A DNA stretch of 14,459 nucleotides from an uncultured Deinococcales bacterium (lineage in GTDB: Bacteria > Deinococcota > Deinococci > Deinococcales > JAAFIG01). Each line of letters starts with the position of its first letter. Position 1 is the stretch's first letter. The position numbers and the translations under genes are program-made. The notes beneath the pieces were generated by a model. The model did not search any database, was not told where the DNA came from, and was given only the letters and a program-made list of their open reading frames with translations. The stretch covers positions 1 to 14,459 of the forward strand of contig CAXTTL010000124.1 in the NCBI GenBank assembly GCA_964247135.1, written 5' to 3'. This document shows positions 1-6,757 of this stretch, in pieces.

Positions 1-75
1 GAGCATACCATCGACGAGGGCATTGCGACCTCGCTCGAATGGGGGAGACGCCGCAAAGACATGATTGGCTATTAA
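1..75 (+). CDS. 3' end of a gene entering from the left (EHTIDEGIATSLEWGRRRKDMIGY*), product unknown
   Basis: Frame +1 is open from base 1 to TAA at 73-75 and converges on the stop of the next gene at 79. Too short to assign a family. Confidence 0.55.
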   Translation, partial: EHTIDEGIATSLEWGRRRKDMIGY

Positions 76-78
76 AAA

Positions 79-516
79 CTAATCGTAATCTTGAAACTCG
101 AGTTTTGGTTTTTTCGCGGCTTGCTTGGCGCGTTTTTCGGCTGCCAGTTGCTCGAGCAGCGAACTCGTGCGCTCGAGTGAACCTGTCAGGGTTTCTTTGG
201 CTTCAATCACGGTTTCCTCGAGCAGCAAGTCACGGTATTTTGCCCAGTCGGAAGTGTCGGTTTGCAAGGTTTTGAGGCTGGAGGCGGTGCTGAGCCAGCC
301 CAGAAGCGGTTCGGTGGTGTCAATGTCGCGTTCCTCGAGTGCGGCTCGGGCGAGTTCGACACTTGGTTCGTTGTTGTTCATCCAGGCATGAAGCGCTTTG
401 GCTTTGACGTCCAGAATCTCGAGCACCATGTCTTCAAACCCCTCAGTATCCAGTACCGCCTCGAGAAAGGCATCTGGGGTGATCTGGGTTTTGGATTTGG
501 TCTGGCGTTTTGCCAT
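79..516 (-). CDS. Hypothetical protein, 145 aa, acidic helical core with basic patches near both termini
   Basis: Protein-like composition; ATG lies 6 nt downstream of a TAAAAT -10 box (leaderless layout); no family motif recognised. Confidence 0.8.
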   Translation of the reverse strand: MAKRQTKSKTQITPDAFLEAVLDTEGFEDMVLEILDVKAKALHAWMNNNEPSVELARAALEERDIDTTEPLLGWLSTASSLKTLQTDTSDWAKYRDLLLEETVIEAKETLTGSLERTSSLLEQLAAEKRAKQAAKKPKLEFQDYD

Positions 517-522
517 GAACGT

Positions 523-528
523 ATTTTA
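523..528 (-). promoter_or_regulatory. -10 box TAAAAT, leaderless promoter of 79..516
   Basis: Minus strand TAAAAT-ACGTTC-ATG; no Shine-Dalgarno. Confidence 0.65.
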
Positions 529-676
529 CACTTGGGTCCGAACCGTGGATGGGTTGATGGCATTTCGGTGACAATTCACAAACACAAACTTTTTTGACCA
601 GCACGCAAATTTGAACTCGAGTTGCAATCAGGAATCCGTGTCTTGTTGGATACCAAACGATTTTTGCCAAGCCCCA

Positions 677-682
677 TAGACT
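677..682 (+). promoter_or_regulatory. -10 box TAGACT, leaderless promoter of the hydrolase
   Basis: TAGACT-GCGGGTC-ATG (7-nt gap); no Shine-Dalgarno. Confidence 0.6.
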
Positions 683-689
683 GCGGGTC

Positions 690-1853
690 ATGAACAAAAT
701 TCTATTGATGGTCGGTTCAAGCCTCGCGCTTGCCACTGCGGTCATGACCTCCGATGTCAACGCCGCCCCGCGTCCTGACGCTCCACCGCTCGCGCTTCGC
801 GGTTCGCATTCGGTTGGGGTTCGCACCCTGCAAATTCTCGATGCCAGCCGCAAGCGTCCTCTCACGCTCGAGGTGTGGTATCCAGCCAAACTGGAAGCCA
901 ACCAAACCGAGAGCACCGTTTACAAAGCCACGATTGGCAGCACCAAATTTGATCTGCCAGGACAAGCGTTCAGAGATGCCAATCTAGAGGCGGGCAAATT
1001 CCCACTCGTCATCCTCTCGCACGGACAGGCAGGCTCGAGGTTTGTCATGACCTACTTGACCGAACACCTCGCCTCACAAGGTTTTGTGGTTGCCGCAATT
1101 GACCACACGGGCAGCACTTACGACGACATCACGCCTCCCGCTTATATCTCAAGCTTGGTGGATCGCCCATTGGACATGCTTTTTAGCATCAATGAGGTTG
1201 CCAAAGCCGTACCGACCAGCGACGGCAATAACGTTGCCCTGATGGGTTACAGCTACGGTGGTTATACCGCCTTGAACGCCGCCGGAATTGGTTTGGACAA
1301 AGCCAATTTGACCGATTACTGCAAAACCTCCAACAACGAAGGACCGTGTTTCGCCCTGCCGTACTTCGACAGTTTAACGCCAGCCCGAGGCTCGAGCACT
1401 GTCAAACCCGACCCTCGGGTCAAAGCCGTGTTTGTGATGTCTCCCTACGGCATCCCGTGGTTGAGCACCGAGCAATTCAAAAGTATGCGCGTGCCGTTGT
1501 TTGTTGGCGGCGGCGAAAACGATGACGTTGCCGTTTTTAAGCGCGATGCGCAACAAGCCTTCAACCTCTCAGGCTCGAGCAGCAAATACCTGTTGTCGCT
1601 GGCTTCGGCTTCGCACAACATTTTTACCAATAACCCACCAGAATCGGTCAGAAACAACTGGACGGATTACGAGCGTTGGTTTGAACCCGTCTGGGATCGT
1701 GAACGCGTGAACGACATTGCCAAGCATTTTGCCACCGCGTTCTTGAAGCAAAACCTCTTAAAAGACTCAAGCATGGATCAATATTTGACCAGCAAATTGA
1801 ACGGTTTCTTGCCCCGCACGACCATTGGCGTGAAGCTCGAGACTGGGAAGTAA
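690..1853 (+). CDS. Secreted alpha/beta hydrolase (predicted dienelactone hydrolase / PAF-acetylhydrolase-like), 387 aa
   Basis: Signal peptide MNKILLMVGSSLALATAV; family motifs LEVWYPA, FPLVILSHG, LASQGFVVAAIDH; nucleophile elbow GYSYGG; candidate Asp (GENDDVA) and His (ASHNIF). Confidence 0.9.
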   Translation: MNKILLMVGSSLALATAVMTSDVNAAPRPDAPPLALRGSHSVGVRTLQILDASRKRPLTLEVWYPAKLEANQTESTVYKATIGSTKFDLPGQAFRDANLEAGKFPLVILSHGQAGSRFVMTYLTEHLASQGFVVAAIDHTGSTYDDITPPAYISSLVDRPLDMLFSINEVAKAVPTSDGNNVALMGYSYGGYTALNAAGIGLDKANLTDYCKTSNNEGPCFALPYFDSLTPARGSSTVKPDPRVKAVFVMSPYGIPWLSTEQFKSMRVPLFVGGGENDDVAVFKRDAQQAFNLSGSSSKYLLSLASASHNIFTNNPPESVRNNWTDYERWFEPVWDRERVNDIAKHFATAFLKQNLLKDSSMDQYLTSKLNGFLPRTTIGVKLETGK

Positions 1854-1876
1854 ACACGAAGTAAAAAGCTGAGAGT

Positions 1877-1917
1877 AAACATCCCCACCTCGAGATGAGA
1901 TGGGGATGTTTGGTTTT
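1877..1917 (+). terminator. Intrinsic terminator of the hydrolase gene
   Basis: AAACATCCCCA (1877-1887) pairs with TGGGGATGTTT (1901-1911), followed by GGTTTT; a CTCGAG lies in the apical part. Confidence 0.75.
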
Positions 1918-1932
1918 GAATCGCACAAACTT

Positions 1933-2138
1933 AAGTTTTAACTGGGTTTGCTCTTGAAGGTTGAAATCTTGGACGAATCAAGTCGAAAATCCATCTCGAG
2001 AACATCAAGCCATGAAGCCATGTGGTCCAAGTTTCAACCGGTAGCAAGGTCTTGAAGGTTGAAATCTTGGACGAATCAAGTTGTTACTAGATTTCACAAA
2101 TTTCAGTTGTTAAGTCATGTGGTCCAAGTTTTAACCGG
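1933..2138. repeat. Non-coding dual-repeat array, period 97-98 nt
   Basis: X=TCTTGAAGGTTGAAATCTTGGACGAATCAAGT identical at 1952-1983 and 2050-2081; Y=AAG(C/T)CATGTGGTCCAAGTTT(C/T)AACCGG at 2015-2041 and 2112-2138 (25/27), partial Y at 1933-1945; unrelated 31- and 30-nt spacers between X and Y. Confidence 0.9.
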
Positions 2139-2146
2139 CAACACTG

Positions 2147-2176
2147 AAAACCGCCTCGAGAAATTCTCGAGGCGGT
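2147..2176 (-). terminator. Intrinsic terminator of the csp gene built from two CTCGAG arms
   Basis: ACCGCCTCGAGAA-A-TTCTCGAGGCGGT (2150-2176), ending in TTTT on the minus strand, 17 nt after the csp stop. Confidence 0.85.
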
Positions 2177-2193
2177 AGCGTGGTTGAGGTCAA

Positions 2194-2403
2194 TTAAAGA
2201 ACTGTAACGTTAACAGCCTGCGGACCTTTGCCGTTCTTGCCCTCTTCGCTCTCGAAGGTCACGCGTTGACCCTCTTCGAGGTTACGGTAGCCCGAACCCT
2301 TGATCGCCGAAAAGTGGACGAACAAATCTTTTCCACCCTCGTTTGGCGTGATGAACCCAAAGCCTTTTTCACCGTTGAACCACTTCACTGTACCTTCTGG
2401 CAT
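2194..2403 (-). CDS. cspA: Cold-shock protein, CspA family, 69 aa
   Basis: [18 protein letters not shown] (RNP1), DLFVHFSAI (RNP2), GPQAVNV; ATG at 2403 has GGAAAGG upstream, so the track start at 2460 is too far upstream. Confidence 0.97.
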   Translation of the reverse strand: MPEGTVKWFNGEKGFGFITPNEGGKDLFVHFSAIKGSGYRNLEEGQRVTFESEEGKNGKGPQAVNVTVL

Positions 2404-2469
2404 TTGATGCCTTTCCGCACGAACTGCAAAAACAGCGTGCCCAGCCAACAAGACTGGCATTCCCTAACG

Positions 2470-2521
2470 TGTACCGTTCTGGAATGATTAAATTATAGCA
2501 CAAGAATTCTAAAACGGTACA
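2470..2521 (-). promoter_or_regulatory. csp promoter (extended -10 TGCTATAAT, TATAAT at 2492-2497) flanked by a 16-bp imperfect inverted repeat
   Basis: Perfect TATAAT with TGn extension gives an ~80-nt 5' UTR, as is typical of csp mRNAs; arms 2470-2485 and 2506-2521 match 14/16. Confidence 0.7.
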
Positions 2522-2622
2522 TTTAACTTTACTGAAGGTGGCAATAGTAGCGTCAGCACAAGAAGTTTTGAAATTCCTCGAGCTTTGGTAGCAGCAAATC
2601 TTGCGGCAATCTCGAGCCTCAA

Positions 2623-3003
2623 TTATGGTTTTGGCGGTTGTGCTGGTGGTTTGCAATCTGGGATTGCACCTGTGATGCTCAGGGTTAGCTCGGTTTGACT
2701 TGCCTGATAACCCAGGGCGGTGGAGGTCAAAACACCGTTTAAGTACGGTTTGTTGTCCCGAATAACGAATGGCAGTTTGAATATCTTGTCGCACAACCGC
2801 ACGGTGACCTCAAACCGTTCGATTTTGATCATACTCGCGCCCAAGGTTGTCAGAAAATCTTTTGGCGAGACAAACAACACGTGATCGTCAACAAAACCCG
2901 TTAAGCTCGAGTGTTTGCCGTTGAAATTCAGGCAGATGCCATTCGCCAGGGCGACACCCAGAAAGACAGTGTAAATGCTCAAAAACCCAATGATCTGTTT
3001 CAC
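2623..3003 (-). CDS. Small secreted protein, possibly copper-amine-oxidase N-terminal/stalk-like domain, 126 aa
   Basis: GTG start with GGGGAG SD; signal peptide ending ALA; repeated pattern LFVSPKDFLTTLGA / PYLNGVLTSTALGY resembles stalk-domain repeats; TAAAAT at 3043-3048. Confidence 0.7.
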   Translation of the reverse strand: MKQIIGFLSIYTVFLGVALANGICLNFNGKHSSLTGFVDDHVLFVSPKDFLTTLGASMIKIERFEVTVRLCDKIFKLPFVIRDNKPYLNGVLTSTALGYQASQTELTLSITGAIPDCKPPAQPPKP

Positions 3004-3147
3004 AATTTCTCCCCGTTTTCAAGCTCGAGCCGAGAATGTCGTATTTTAAACCCAAGATTATTGTTGAGCGCAACGTCATGAAAACCAGCCGTCGATCACG
3101 TCTCAATTTCAGTTACAATCAATGGGTTTCACTTGGGGAGCAAAAAA

Positions 3148-4023
3148 ATGACCAAACTGGCTGTCGTTCAAATGTCCATGACCAACAACTTCGAGCATAA
3201 CGTCGAAAAAGCCATTTCGCTGGTTCGTGATGCTGTATCGCAGGGCGCGAATCTGGTGTTGCTGCCAGAATTGTTCGAGAATTTATATTGGTGTCAGGTG
3301 CAACGCGAGCAGTATTTTAGCCTAGCCAATCCGCTCGAGTCGCATCCGTTCATTCCAAAATTCCGAGCACTTGCCAAAGAGCTGAACGTGGTTTTGCCGA
3401 TTTCATTTTTTGAACGCGCCAACCAGGCGTATTTTAATTCGCTGGTCATGATTGATGCTGGCGGCGAGCTGCTCGGGCTGTACCGCAAATCGCACATTCC
3501 TGACGGTCCTGGGTACACCGAAAAATACTATTTCAACCCTGGCGATACGGGTTTTAAAGCATTCCCGACAAACGCTGGCAACGTGGGCGCGGGCATTTGC
3601 TGGGATCAGTGGTATCCAGAGTCCGCTCGAGCGATGGCATTGCAGGGCGCGGAAATCTTGCTGTACCCGACCGCCATCGGCAGCGAACCCGAAAGTGCCG
3701 GCACGCCCGACACGCGTCACATGTGGCAACGCGTGATGATCGGTCATGCCGTGGCAAACTTATGTTATTTGGGCGCAGCCAACCGTGTCGGCACTGAAAC
3801 CGTCGAAGGATTGGAGCAACGTTATTACGGCTCGAGTTTTATTTGCGATTACACCGGCGAGAAAATGGCTGAAGCCTCCGACAGCGAAGAAACCGTGCTG
3901 ATCGCCGAACTCGACCTCGAGAAAGCCAGGAATTTCAGAGCAAGTTTTGGTTTTTTCAGGGATCGCCGCCCCGAGTTGTACCAGAGCTTGTTAACCCTTG
4001 ATGGCAAAACGAGAAGAGCCTAA
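3148..4023 (+). CDS. aguB: N-carbamoylputrescine amidase (carbon-nitrogen hydrolase family), 291 aa
   Basis: Triad Glu (LPELF), Lys (YRKSHIPDGPGYTEKYYF), Cys (GICWDQWYPE); LLYPTAIGSEP is typical of AguB; ATG at 3148 with GGGGAG SD; TACAAT at 3114-3119. Confidence 0.9.
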   Translation: MTKLAVVQMSMTNNFEHNVEKAISLVRDAVSQGANLVLLPELFENLYWCQVQREQYFSLANPLESHPFIPKFRALAKELNVVLPISFFERANQAYFNSLVMIDAGGELLGLYRKSHIPDGPGYTEKYYFNPGDTGFKAFPTNAGNVGAGICWDQWYPESARAMALQGAEILLYPTAIGSEPESAGTPDTRHMWQRVMIGHAVANLCYLGAANRVGTETVEGLEQRYYGSSFICDYTGEKMAEASDSEETVLIAELDLEKARNFRASFGFFRDRRPELYQSLLTLDGKTRRA

Positions 4024-4026
4024 AAA

Positions 4027-4056
4027 GAATCTCGAGCATTATGGCGCTCGAGATTC
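4027..4056. terminator. Hairpin between convergent aguB and roadblock operon, with CTCGAG arms
   Basis: GAATCTCGAGC-N8-GCTCGAGATTC, 11-bp stem; preceding A-run gives a U-tail on the minus strand. Confidence 0.75.
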
Positions 4057-4081
4057 GCTAATTACTATCTGCTAATCGCTA

Positions 4082-4441
4082 TCAAGCCTTCGCAGCCTCT
4101 TCAAGTCTCGGCAAATACTTTTTCAACTGAAATCGCACCCGTCCAAGATTCTGGCTCGAGTCTAGCGTTGCCAGCAAGCTGGTTTCACCGATGGGGGAGA
4201 GCAGCACCGGACCCTCTTCAAATTCGACCATGACTTGATTGACGTCGCCTTTGCCAAAAAATTCGGACAGGGCTTGGCTGGCGGCAAAACTCGAGGTGGC
4301 AACCCCACCCAGAAAGTCCAGGTCGATGTCGTAGCCTTCGGCGGTGGCGCTTTCGATCACAAAACCGTCATGTCCGACCAAAGCGGCGCTGGTCAGTCCT
4401 TTGATTTGGACGATTTCCTCGAGCAGGGTTCTTAAATCCAT
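4082..4441 (-). CDS. Roadblock/LC7 (MglB-like) protein, 119 aa
   Basis: GLTSAALVGHDGFVIES, QVMVEFEEGPVLL, NLGRVRFQLKK; ATG at 4441 follows GAGGTG SD. Confidence 0.88.
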   Translation of the reverse strand: MDLRTLLEEIVQIKGLTSAALVGHDGFVIESATAEGYDIDLDFLGGVATSSFAASQALSEFFGKGDVNQVMVEFEEGPVLLSPIGETSLLATLDSSQNLGRVRFQLKKYLPRLEEAAKA

Positions 4442-4465
4442 GAATATCACCTCTGGGTTGAATCT

Positions 4466-4816
4466 TTACTCGAGGTCTTGCACGAGTTGCAAAGCCAGGC
4501 GTGCCATTTCGATTTGCAAATTGCGCAGGTCTGCGCCGCGTTGGGCGGCGACGGTGAGCGAGTGTTTACTGCCGACCCGAATCGAGATGACCTCGAAGGC
4601 GTCGGTGGTGAACGCAATTCTGAACAGTTGTCCAAGGCGCAGTTGGGTGCTGGCATGGCTGGTCACCCGCACCAAACTGGCGGTTTCGGCGGCAAGACCG
4701 GCGGGTGAAACCACCGCGCCGCCAACGCTTTCAATCTCGAGTCCAGCGTCGGAAACCAGGGTTGCGGTCACGACATTGGGCATTGAAGCCAAGGATGCCA
4801 GCCATTTGACCGCCAT
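4466..4816 (-). CDS. Roadblock/LC7 protein, 116 aa
   Basis: VVTATLVSDAGLEIES and GADLRNLQIEM fit the roadblock pattern; start overlaps the upstream stop (TAATG). Confidence 0.8.
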   Translation of the reverse strand: MAVKWLASLASMPNVVTATLVSDAGLEIESVGGAVVSPAGLAAETASLVRVTSHASTQLRLGQLFRIAFTTDAFEVISIRVGSKHSLTVAAQRGADLRNLQIEMARLALQLVQDLE

Positions 4817-5178
4817 TAGCTCAGCACCTCGCGCAAGGATTTCAGTGCCAGGTCGCTCATCAGTCGGGCTTTGCCGATGTTGCCGCTCGGCTCGAGGGTC
4901 AGGGTCAAGAAAAAATCTGGCGTGATTTGTACGGTATAACCTATCAACTTTTGGCTGATGATCAGGACTTCACTGACCTTGCCAGCGTCAAGGCTGCTTT
5001 GATAAGCGATGCCGGCGTTGCGCAGCAAATTCGAGTGTTCTGCCACAATGCTCGAGAAGTCAAGTTTGGTTTCATTGGAAAATTGTTCGACCAGCAATCC
5101 ATCCATGCCGCCAATGGCAGCACCGATTGCCCCATCGACGTTCGAGACCAGGTTTGAGAGTATCTTGTCGAGTTCCAC
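4816..5178 (-). CDS. Roadblock/LC7 protein, ~120 aa
   Basis: VDGAIGAAIGGMDGLLVE and GNIGKARL; probable GTG start at 5178, 8 nt after TAGACT (5187-5192). Start position uncertain. Confidence 0.85.
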   Translation of the reverse strand: MELDKILSNLVSNVDGAIGAAIGGMDGLLVEQFSNETKLDFSSIVAEHSNLLRNAGIAYQSSLDAGKVSEVLIISQKLIGYTVQITPDFFLTLTLEPSGNIGKARLMSDLALKSLREVLS

Positions 5179-5288
5179 TGTGTTGCAGTCTAACCGAATT
5201 TTGAATCTTGGCATGTGCATTTTGAGCGTCTTCGATTTTTGGTCTTGGGTTCAGCTCGAGTGCAATGCCGTGCTGGTGGTCTGCGTTC

Positions 5289-5318
5289 TGAGAACGTTCT
5301 CATTGAATTCTGTATAAT
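5289..5318 (+). promoter_or_regulatory. Perfect 14-bp palindrome TGAGAACGTTCTCA (LacI-family-like operator) at the -35 position of a TATAAT promoter
   Basis: Palindrome at 5289-5302 with central CG; TATAAT at 5313-5318. Confidence 0.6.
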
Positions 5319-5324
5319 TTGCAT

Positions 5325-5418
5325 GTCGGAACAAGCGATTGAAGACCCATCGCTTTCGGTGCGAACCGCGAGCGATTTGGAGTTGTCTACGGCATTCGGT
5401 TTTGCCGTCTGTTTTTTT
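5325..5418 (+). ncRNA. Candidate sRNA or cis-regulatory leader (~94 nt) ending in a terminator-like hairpin
   Basis: Starts ~6 nt after TATAAT; GNRA-capped stem 5349-5376; hairpin ACGGCA/TGCCGT (5389-5408) plus T7 (5412-5418). No Rfam family recognised. Confidence 0.45.
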
Positions 5419-5520
5419 GACCTATATCTTGTACTAGTTTTCACGTATGATGGCGGCAGTTCAAACTTGAGGAATTTTCTCCAGAGTGTAGCCATCATCG
5501 TCTCAGATAAGGAGTAAGCA

Positions 5521-6690
5521 GTGAAGCTTTTTGTCATCGGCGACGTTACCGTTGACCACCTGTACTTCCTCGAGCGCATCCCACGCGCCGGCGAGGAAGC
5601 CATGCCCATTCGCAGTACGCTGATCCCAGGCGGCGCAGGTGGCAGCCTTGCCTATTACGCAGCCCAACTTGGACATCAGGTTACCCTCGGCGCTCGGGTC
5701 GGCAATGACCCATTCCAAGAGGTTGCTTTAAGCAAATTAAAAGCGGTCGGCGTGGATTTGAGCGCCATTCAAAAAGACGAGAATACCCTGACCAGTACCA
5801 TCACGATCATGGTCACACCCGATGCCGAACGCAGCATGATCAGCGCGGGCGGAGCCAACCGCAACCTCGATGCCGCCGAACTGCCCAAAAAAGCGATTGA
5901 AGAGAGCGACGCCATGATCCTGAGCGCCTACGCCCTGGTCAGCGGAATGCAGCGCGAATATACCGTCAAAGCCATGCAGTTGGCGCAAAAACAAAAAATC
6001 CCAGTCTTCATCGACCTTGGCACAGGCGCGGTCAACACCGCTGGCACCAAGCTGCTCGAGATCGTCAAAAGCGCCGATTATCTTTTGATGAACCAACTCG
6101 AGTTGGCACGCATCACCGGGCACACCAGCATTTCCGACGCGCTCGAGGGACTGCACGCCCAGGGGGTTCACAATGTGGTGGTCAAAGTCGGTTCGATGGG
6201 CGCAATCGTCTGGACGCCCGAAGAATCGGAATTGATTGAAGGTTACGAAATTGACGGGGTTGCCGACAGCACCGGAGCGGGTGACGGGTTTACCGCCGCC
6301 TTCGCCCATGCGATCTTGCTGGGCTACGACATGAAACGCGCCGCCCAGTATGCCAACGTGGTCGGTGCGCTGGTTGCCACGCATGTTGGCGCTCAGGGTG
6401 CCAAGATCAGCCACGAAAACATTCTCGAGCGGGTCGAAGAACGCTACGGCAAACAACCTGCAATTGTCCAGAAACCTGTAGACAGTCCAAAACAAGCAAA
6501 AACCTTGAGCAAATCAGTTCAGTCCGAGCCAATCAACCCCGAACCAGTCAAACCTCAATCCATGCCCGAACCACTCTTGATTGAACCTCCAGCGGTCAGC
6601 AAACCAGAAGTGGTCAAAGAAGCCCCTGCCAAAGAAGCTCCTGTCAAAGAAACACCGGTCAAGAAAACCCGCGTTAAAGCAAAAGTATAA
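5521..6690 (+). CDS. PfkB/ribokinase-family carbohydrate kinase with a Pro/Lys/Glu-rich C-terminal tail, 389 aa
   Basis: VIGDVTVDH, PGGAGG, VGNDPF, LLMNQLE, VVVKVGSMGA and anion hole DSTGAGDGF; GTG start with AAGGAG SD. Confidence 0.93.
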   Translation: MKLFVIGDVTVDHLYFLERIPRAGEEAMPIRSTLIPGGAGGSLAYYAAQLGHQVTLGARVGNDPFQEVALSKLKAVGVDLSAIQKDENTLTSTITIMVTPDAERSMISAGGANRNLDAAELPKKAIEESDAMILSAYALVSGMQREYTVKAMQLAQKQKIPVFIDLGTGAVNTAGTKLLEIVKSADYLLMNQLELARITGHTSISDALEGLHAQGVHNVVVKVGSMGAIVWTPEESELIEGYEIDGVADSTGAGDGFTAAFAHAILLGYDMKRAAQYANVVGALVATHVGAQGAKISHENILERVEERYGKQPAIVQKPVDSPKQAKTLSKSVQSEPINPEPVKPQSMPEPLLIEPPAVSKPEVVKEAPAKEAPVKETPVKKTRVKAKV

Positions 6691-6698
6691 ACGACAAA

Positions 6699-6738
6699 AA
6701 AATCTCGAGCCTGGGTTATTTTCCAGGCTCGAGATTTT
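6699..6738. terminator. Bidirectional terminator with CTCGAG arms between pfkB and the rhodopsin operon
   Basis: AAAATCTCGAGCCTGG-N8-CCAGGCTCGAGATTTT, perfect 16-bp stem with U-tails on both strands. Confidence 0.9.
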
Positions 6739-6757
6739 GATTTGAGATGATAGGATT

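Noticed and set aside
1933-2138. Canonical CRISPR array (GTTTCAA...TTGAAAT segment at 2031-2065, ~30-nt spacers)
   Set aside because: The conserved block is ~67 nt with a variable centre, there are only about two units, and no cas genes are present. Kept as an unclassified repeat.
1933-2138. Integron attC sites or a small-peptide repeat
   Set aside because: Ends do not fit RYYYAAC/GTTRRRY exactly and there are no cassette ORFs. The period is not a multiple of 3, and one unit reads ATG-ACT-TAA on the minus strand.
5325-5418. c-di-GMP-II riboswitch (GGAACAA...GAGTT resemblance)
   Set aside because: It lacks the GCAC/GTGC pseudoknot and the 3' conserved segment.
5215-5517. 100-aa ORF upstream of pfkB
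   Set aside because: It spans a promoter, an operator-like palindrome and a terminator-like hairpin. The internal ATG at 5323 is only 4 nt from the -10 box, and there is no recognisable protein signal.
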